Assembly (NCBI GenBank): GCA_964604555.1
Contig: CAZRZK010000009.1
Coordinates: forward strand, 11,261 to 75,260
From: an uncultured Pseudobdellovibrionaceae bacterium
GTDB taxonomy: Bacteria; Bdellovibrionota; FAC87; UBA2466
Direction: 5' to 3'
Length of the DNA stretch: 64,000 bases
Part shown: piece by piece, positions 58,040 to 64,000 of the stretch
Position numbering within the stretch: position 1 is the first letter of the stretch
How the letters are laid out: every line of letters starts with the position of its first letter
The notes under the pieces: model-generated
What the model was told of the DNA's origin: nothing
What the model saw: only the letters and a program-made list of their open reading frames with translations
Database searches by the model: none
Translations under genes and position numbers: made by a program

Positions 58040-58661
58040 TCGTTTCGATCGTCTGCAGCTTGAAAGTATTGTAGGCAACGGTCGGTTCGGTGGTGTAGTA
58101 ATTAAGAAGATTCCCTGTCAGGAGATTGCGAACCTGCTCCGCATGATCCCGCGCCCAACTTGCATTCACTTTCTTTTTACGAACCTGCTGCATCCACATC
58201 ACCACAATTCCTTGGATCCTGTCGACGGAACGAAGGCGCAATTCGCTCAGCCACTTTTTATGAGCAACACTCGTCACCGCCTGATGGCAGAGCAAAAGAA
58301 AAATGGGGACATGCTGCGGATGAAGGTGAAACCAAAGGAAAGTAGCCTCAATATAACCCACGAGAAATTCCTCTGCCGATTTTGCATTGGCCAAATAACC
58401 CACTGTCACCTCCTGACCCGTTGCGATCACCAGGTGCATGACATCATCAACTAAAGGTTCGATGGAGGGGTAGTAATAGACGACGTGGGATCGTTGCATC
58501 TTGAGTTTTTTTGCGATCCCTTGAATGGAGAGTTGCGAGATCCCTTTTGTCGAAATAATGCGCATCGCCTCCTCCAGGATCGCAATTTTGCGCGCATCCG
58601 ATTTGGAGGGCTTGAATTCACGAGAACGGTAGTAGAGGGTCTCCAGGGAAATTTGATTCAC
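58020..58661 (-). CDS. TetR/AcrR-family transcriptional regulator
   Basis: N-terminal HTH (ILEEAMRIISTKGISQLSIQGIAKKLKMQRSHVVYYY) and C-terminal ligand-binding helices. Confidence 0.75.
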   Translation of the reverse strand: MNQISLETLYYRSREFKPSKSDARKIAILEEAMRIISTKGISQLSIQGIAKKLKMQRSHVVYYYPSIEPLVDDVMHLVIATGQEVTVGYLANAKSAEEFLVGYIEATFLWFHLHPQHVPIFLLLCHQAVTSVAHKKWLSELRLRSVDRIQGIVVMWMQQVRKKKVNASWARDHAEQVRNLLTGNLLNYYTTEPTVAYNTFKLQTIETIKELLR

Positions 58662-58747
58662 CCACTGACTTTACTCTGTTTGAGATGAAAAATCCAATGA
58701 GGGAAACCTTGACGCGATTGCCGTGCTCTATTGAAAACATTGTTTTT

Positions 58748-59011
58748 TGTCATTGCTGTAAGTGTTACGTAATTCGGTGACTGAATTGGAATTTAATGGG
58801 TTTAGTCCCGCCTACCGTATTCAGGAGAATTGGGGCTTTTTTGCGGGGCTAGTCGTTTTGAAGCTTTGAGATGCCTTTGTCCCTTGCCGTCTGAAGGCTA
58901 TCCACCTTTGTTCTATAGAAGATTTTTTAAATACTGGTGTCTGTTGCATAGAACAATACCCATTAAATTCCAATTCTGTCACCGAATTACGCAACACTTA
59001 CAGCAATGACA
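58748..59011. repeat. Long inverted repeat with 54-bp arms (52/54 match) and a ~156-bp spacer
   Basis: Left arm TGTCATTGCTGTAAGTGTTACGTAATTCGGTGACTGAATTGGAATTTAATGGGT. The right arm is its reverse complement with 2 mismatches. The element abuts the stop of the 759-aa gene and lies upstream of the TetR gene. Confidence 0.7.
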
Positions 59012-59014
59012 GGC

Positions 59015-61294
59015 TTATCTGAGGGCTCTGAGGAAAGGAATGCTGAATTTAGTCGGGTCGCTCAACACCCGACTCCAACGACGATTGATCTTATCTCGAT
59101 ACTTCTCAATCGCCATCTGCGACGTCACCTTATCTACATCTCCAGAATCGATGATCCACCATTTTCCATTGGAATAGATGGCGTCTTCGGGATCCCACTT
59201 TCCTACATAGGCCTTTTTACGGGCCGATTCCTCCAAGATATCGATCAAGGCGGTAAACTCCGCAACAAACGGATTGGCCCCATCCGCTTCCCACTTCTTC
59301 AACCACTCATCTCCCCGAATGCCCTCTATCCATTCCCGGACCAGAATTTTTCCATCGAAATAAAGTACTCTCGGCGCCGGAAGGCCCAGAGCCAATATCT
59401 CACTGGCCCTTTCCTGATCGTGCTTCACTTTACTGATGAATTGATGCTCATGTGTAGCCGGCAATTTAAGGACAAACTTTGTTCCCGACTGCTCCTCGCT
59501 CACTTGGTAGACATAACGATCCCATCCCGCTTCGGTGAACATTTTATCTATTTTAAGGGTGCCTAGCGGAGGCAAAGTCCATCGGGAACCGATTCTCAAA
59601 TAGCTGTAAGGAAAGGAGACCAGAGGACGAGATGCATCGGGAACCCGTTTCTTGTCGATAGAGTTCTCAAAATCAACATAGGTCGCAAAATAGGGAACAG
59701 TTCTAGGTTTTGCGGTTGCAAATTGACTCGACGATTTTCCCAGCTCCGCTTTGATCTCCGCAATAATCGGAGGGAGATCGGTGGAGGCACAATCGACATA
59801 ATGGATTCGCCTTTGCAAATCGGCAGGAAGACCGGCCTTCAATTGCTCGACCATTTTTTGATAGTAGGCTCGACTGGTAAAAATCAGATGGATCGGCTCG
59901 TTTGGGTTCTGTCCCATGACAAAGAATGCATACCCCACTTCCCGGAGCGTGCCGTTGCCTCCGGGAAGAATATCGATCAGATTTTTTCGGTGAGTAATGA
60001 GTGGAATTCGCGCCCCATAATCACTGACAGCCAGAATATGGGTGTGAACTCCGGACGGAGTAAACCTTTCCCGGGCAACATCGTGATTCCCAATATTTAC
60101 GCCAATGGAATAGCCCCCCGAAAACTTTGCCGCAGCATTCACCACCTGCATATAACCGCCCGCCCCTCCTGAGCTAACCGGTACCCCGTTCCGGGCAAAG
60201 ACAAAGCCGGTTTCAAACACCAATTCGGTAAAGGCTCCGTGATTAGTCCCCGAACCATACACCGCCACCCCTCCGGGAATCGGCTCGCCATTTGAATTAA
60301 CTGCCAAATATGCCTCGGCCTCTACCATTTCCGTCGCCCGTTGCATCCAGGCCGGAATTTTATATTCGTTCCCCTTCACAAATCCTTCGATGGAACCTAA
60401 TTGAGGAGGCGAAATTGCGATCCCTCCCCCAACACCAAATCCTCTTAATGTTCCCGAAAAAATCGATTGGGGGTTTTGGATAGAGGCCCCCAGGTTATAG
60501 CGACTCCGAGTATCCTGGGTCCATTCACTCAACTCTCCTAATTTGATCTTTCCTGAAGGATCGATCAATCCTCCCTTTAATTGAGAATAGGCAATCAATC
60601 CGGAAGTCAGCGGGGAATCGGGGGTGCCATAGGTTTTGATTCGGGAAAAAATCTCCAAACGATAATAGCCGTTGCGGATTACCATTACATTCGGCTGTTG
60701 TGACTTAGCTGGCTCGCTCGAGATCCCCACCCCTCTCTCTCCTAAATATTTGGAGAGAATGGGGGCGGTTAAAGCATCGGCATCATAAAAAACAAGAGAA
60801 TGGGGAGAATGTTGAAGATTTTGCCCGATCTCCGTCGTCACATTTTCGGTGATGGGATTCAGTTCAAAGGTGTTTCCGATCACCACCCCGATTGCATCAG
60901 GGTGTCGAGCTACCAGTTGCCAAACTCTGTCCACTTGGATGGCGTCCTGAAGGTGCACGCCCAGGGGAGATCCTTTTTCGACCTCGGTCATCACTTTTCC
61001 GAAGGGGGTCTTCTCATCCAAACGAGACGGCGGCTTAACGACGACCTCTTCTTTTTCCTTCTTAGGCGGGTTTACCGGGTCCTTTTTCTTCTTACGTCCT
61101 CCAGTCAACAATCGCCCAACCGCCCCACCCCTCTCTGCTGCCAGTTCCGCGAGTCGCTGACAGGTGCGAGTCCAGAAATTGGAATTCTTCCCCGCCGCCC
61201 ATCCATTGTTTCCGACCATCAATATCAACAGGATAATGAAACTGATCCACGCTGAACACGGCTTCCGACTCTGCAACTTGAACTCCTTTTTCAT
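59015..61294 (-). CDS. Secreted multidomain protein: N-terminal region + LOG/TIGR00730-like Rossmann domain + C-terminal RIO/Kdo-kinase-like domain
   Basis: Signal peptide. LOG-family motifs VAVYGSGTNHG..SSGGAGGYMQVVNAAA..GGYSIGVNI and PGGNGTLRE. The C-terminus has the kinase-like ILVREWIEG ... WWIIDSGD but no canonical HGD catalytic loop. Confidence 0.5.
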   Translation of the reverse strand: MKKEFKLQSRKPCSAWISFIILLILMVGNNGWAAGKNSNFWTRTCQRLAELAAERGGAVGRLLTGGRKKKKDPVNPPKKEKEEVVVKPPSRLDEKTPFGKVMTEVEKGSPLGVHLQDAIQVDRVWQLVARHPDAIGVVIGNTFELNPITENVTTEIGQNLQHSPHSLVFYDADALTAPILSKYLGERGVGISSEPAKSQQPNVMVIRNGYYRLEIFSRIKTYGTPDSPLTSGLIAYSQLKGGLIDPSGKIKLGELSEWTQDTRSRYNLGASIQNPQSIFSGTLRGFGVGGGIAISPPQLGSIEGFVKGNEYKIPAWMQRATEMVEAEAYLAVNSNGEPIPGGVAVYGSGTNHGAFTELVFETGFVFARNGVPVSSGGAGGYMQVVNAAAKFSGGYSIGVNIGNHDVARERFTPSGVHTHILAVSDYGARIPLITHRKNLIDILPGGNGTLREVGYAFFVMGQNPNEPIHLIFTSRAYYQKMVEQLKAGLPADLQRRIHYVDCASTDLPPIIAEIKAELGKSSSQFATAKPRTVPYFATYVDFENSIDKKRVPDASRPLVSFPYSYLRIGSRWTLPPLGTLKIDKMFTEAGWDRYVYQVSEEQSGTKFVLKLPATHEHQFISKVKHDQERASEILALGLPAPRVLYFDGKILVREWIEGIRGDEWLKKWEADGANPFVAEFTALIDILEESARKKAYVGKWDPEDAIYSNGKWWIIDSGDVDKVTSQMAIEKYRDKINRRWSRVLSDPTKFSIPFLRALR

Positions 61295-61450
61295 GCAACG
61301 CCAGGGATAATGCTTTGCATTATTTAAATGTCAATATTTTTTTATTTTAAATAAATTGCTTTTATCTTTTGACAAAACTAATTAATTAATAGGAAAAAAA
61401 GTCGGGTGGCATTGGGGCAGGTAGGCAGAGGGAGTAATTGAGGCTGTGAG

Positions 61451-62770
61451 ATGAATAGAAGCTGTATCCGATCCATTCTGGTTCTTGTCGTAACCCTTTA
61501 TTCCTTTGCGACTCACGCCAAAGAGCCGACGACAATCCAAGAGTTGTTGGATCACCCCTTGCGCCCGACTCTCGCTCAACTCCAAAAAGCATTGGTGCCT
61601 TGGCCTGACAAGAATCCATTTCAGATGGAGAAGTACACCCACCCTCTCTACATTTCTAATGCCCACAACCTCGCGGTCATTATGATTGCATTGACAGAAA
61701 TGAAGTTTCCCGGCGCCACCCATGCCTTTATGGGACGGGACAGTTCCTGGGCCCACGATCTCTTTTTTGCCTTTTACTCTTATATCGGCCAACCCCATCG
61801 AGTGAAGCACCTGCCGATTAGCAGTGGGTCATTAGCGGTGGATAAGGCTGATATTGCCCAGATGATGGAAGGATTTAGCCTCGATTTGAGCAAGGCAGAC
61901 AACCATCCTCGTTACGTCATCTATGATCGAACCAGTTATAGTTCGACCTCCCAGAGCCATCTTTTAATGAAGGCTTTGTTTGGGCAATATGCAGCCTTAC
62001 ATGGAAGCGCGGCCCCGCTCTTCGAGAAACTCTTTTTTGTTGATATCGATGGCAATAACCATATTCAATTAGAAACGGCCGATATTGCTAAATATGTGCA
62101 ATCGGAATCCCGATCCGCTTATCCTAGCCATATTTTTACAATTGAAACCGGACAGGGACAACACGACCTTAATCAAGAGACCGTGTGGCACGATTCTTTT
62201 AAAGTTTTAAAAAAAATGGGAGTGCAAGTAGTCGGGATGCCTGGAGCCCTTTCGGATAAAACATCACGGCAGCAGATTTTAGGCGAACTTTATCAAACCC
62301 AGGGAAAGATCCAAACTCCCGAATTTTTAGAGGCGGTGAAAAATCAAGCCCGCCAACTGGGCTATCAATTTCCAATCGCCGATAATCCCCAACCTAAAGA
62401 TCTAAATGGTCAGATCGTCGAGGAACCTCACCCGCCTCTCCCCCCGGCAAAGGTATTGGCAGTTCCCTACACTAAAGAGGCGGCGCGTGAGCGCTTTGAA
62501 TGGATTCGAAAGGGGGATGATGGCCCTCCCAAGGAACAGGCCAAAACAGAGATGCTGGAATGGTTACAAGATCCAGCGTCAAAAGCACATTTGTGGAAGG
62601 ATTGGGTAGATTCCAAACGCCTTGCGGAGACCATTGCTCTCCTACAGGACAAACTCGATCCGACTATCCTCCGGGAATGGCACGATCTCGTGGAAAAAAT
62701 TGCAGATGGGGATCGGAAACCCGAACACACCACCACCCTCGGCATATGCAAGCGCATTTTAGGCCTATGA
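61451..62770 (+). CDS. Hypothetical secreted protein
   Basis: Signal peptide (LVLVVTLYSFATHA). 439 aa with no recognised domain, divergent from the LOG gene across an AT-rich spacer. Confidence 0.4.
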   Translation: MNRSCIRSILVLVVTLYSFATHAKEPTTIQELLDHPLRPTLAQLQKALVPWPDKNPFQMEKYTHPLYISNAHNLAVIMIALTEMKFPGATHAFMGRDSSWAHDLFFAFYSYIGQPHRVKHLPISSGSLAVDKADIAQMMEGFSLDLSKADNHPRYVIYDRTSYSSTSQSHLLMKALFGQYAALHGSAAPLFEKLFFVDIDGNNHIQLETADIAKYVQSESRSAYPSHIFTIETGQGQHDLNQETVWHDSFKVLKKMGVQVVGMPGALSDKTSRQQILGELYQTQGKIQTPEFLEAVKNQARQLGYQFPIADNPQPKDLNGQIVEEPHPPLPPAKVLAVPYTKEAARERFEWIRKGDDGPPKEQAKTEMLEWLQDPASKAHLWKDWVDSKRLAETIALLQDKLDPTILREWHDLVEKIADGDRKPEHTTTLGICKRILGL

Positions 62771-64000
62771 AATTGCTTTTCCTTCTCCTATTCACTACTC
62801 ATGCTTTTGCGCACCTTGATTTCACGCTCCCATATCCTACCGAAGCTGAACCCTATTACTCCACACTTGAACACAATCTTGCCCGCTTGAGAGCTGCTTC
62901 CGATTTGCCGGCACTTCAAAAGGAAGGGCACCATTTAGCCCAGCTCTATTTGCGCTTCCGCCATTACCAACAGGCGATCTGGACGTTGCGCCAGACCGGA
63001 AATGAAGTCGAGGCGGAGCTCTATCAACAGGACCTTATGGATCATATTTCACAGGCGCCTCTTTTGAATGAAGTCACTAACCGCGATGGCGGAGTGAGCC
63101 AACACCGGCGTTTTCGAGTGGAGGGAGATGTTATTTTAGTGTGCAAAGAGGAACGGCGTCAGGGAGAGGTTCCTGACATCCGCTTTGAAGGAGTCGCCTT
63201 TTTGCTCGATCGGTTGTTGGGGCTCAATCTCGTTCCCACTACCGTTTTTCGTCAAATAGAGGGCAAACTCAATTCTGTTCAGGTTTTTATCTTCCATGCA
63301 TCGAGATCCAACAGGGATCAAAGATCTTCGCTCCAACCCCATGGAACAAAGATCCATGTGCTCGATATGATTATCGGCAATTGGGATCGGCATGAAGCCA
63401 ATTGGCTTTTACGAACGGGAAGTTTCCCTGTCGCTCTCGATCACAGCCATGCCAGCCCCAGTCGTCGAATTGATAATCTTCTCTCCATGAGAGCCGACAA
63501 AACCGAACTCAAAGAACTTGCCACAACCCTAGAAAATACTCCCGATAAAAATGTGGAAGAGGTGTTGTCGCCCATCCTAAAAACAGACGAAATTCAATCG
63601 ATTCTCCTCAATATTCAGCGTGTCAAGGATTGGTTGATTCAGAATGGATACCCCATTGCTCCCGTACCCGTATTAGCGAAGCCTCTAGTGGTTAATCCCT
63701 CCCCCCCGAAAGTAGTCTCGATAGGAGTTCCCCTCGAAAAGATCGAACAGAGATTAAAAACCGCAAGGCGATCGGAGAGCGATCAGGATCGCGAAGTAGC
63801 CTCCCTTCAAGTGATCGCATGGATGGAGCAAATTGAAACACAGGAATTGATCCTAAAAGAACTGATTGCCTCCAAACGGCTAGCCCATTTTATTGAAGAC
63901 AATAGGATTCGAATTCCGCTCCCCTTTTTAATTGCCTACCAACAGGCACTGACCCAATTTCCAAACCCAGAATCGGCACACCTCAGGACCAAAGGATTGT
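62767..64000 (+). CDS. Secreted PI3/PI4-kinase-like (DRHxxN catalytic loop) protein, 3' end outside the window
   Basis: Open frame to the window edge (not in the ORF table) and ATGA-coupled to the previous gene. Signal peptide, and MIIGNWDRHEANWLL resembles the GxGDRHxxN catalytic loop of PI3K/PI4K-type atypical kinases. Confidence 0.45.
   Translation, partial: MKLLFLLLFTTHAFAHLDFTLPYPTEAEPYYSTLEHNLARLRAASDLPALQKEGHHLAQLYLRFRHYQQAIWTLRQTGNEVEAELYQQDLMDHISQAPLLNEVTNRDGGVSQHRRFRVEGDVILVCKEERRQGEVPDIRFEGVAFLLDRLLGLNLVPTTVFRQIEGKLNSVQVFIFHASRSNRDQRSSLQPHGTKIHVLDMIIGNWDRHEANWLLRTGSFPVALDHSHASPSRRIDNLLSMRADKTELKELATTLENTPDKNVEEVLSPILKTDEIQSILLNIQRVKDWLIQNGYPIAPVPVLAKPLVVNPSPPKVVSIGVPLEKIEQRLKTARRSESDQDREVASLQVIAWMEQIETQELILKELIASKRLAHFIEDNRIRIPLPFLIAYQQALTQFPNPESAHLRTKGL

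Overview
This is a 64-kb, densely coding chromosomal segment of a diderm (Gram-negative-type) bacterium, about 48-50% GC. I found no rRNA, tRNA or CRISPR array. A tentative taxonomic guess is Leptospiraceae- or Bdellovibrio-like, based on delta-60 repeat lipoproteins, many lipoproteins and type IV pilins. Housekeeping genes present are rnhA, an Smr-domain gene, hldD, murJ, PBP1A (mrcA) and guaB-guaA. There are three ABC-transporter loci: a peptide-type substrate-binding protein with two permeases; an Mla/Mce-type system with two different ATPases, two different MlaE permeases, MlaD and a beta-barrel OMP; and a CUT2/nucleoside-type double-NBD ATPase with two permeases. A type IV pilin cluster carries two tandem near-identical pilin genes plus a third pilin, next to an exosortase-like polytopic membrane protein. 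Signalling genes are two sensor histidine kinases (one CHASE2-type), a receiver protein, a PilZ protein, a TetR regulator and a sigma-54 enhancer-binding response regulator. The most striking feature is a ~5.5-kb island of general-stress-type genes: BON, two DUF883/ElaB-like, YqjE-like, DUF1328, CsbD, Dps, a FAD/Rieske oxidoreductase and two small proteins. Seven separate transcription units in that island each carry a near-consensus sigma-54 -24/-12 element (TGGCAC-N5-TTGCA). Other notable items: a signal-peptide protein whose C-terminal ~95 aa is a bona fide HigB/RelE-type toxin domain, translationally coupled to a GNAT acetyltransferase; a tyrosine phenol-lyase; a peptidoglycan-remodelling operon (SnoaL-like, M15 peptidase, PBP transpeptidase); delta-60-repeat lipoproteins; a two-copy MITE/REP-like nested palindromic element; a 54-bp-arm long inverted repeat; and a terminal cluster of secreted LOG-domain and atypical kinase-like proteins.
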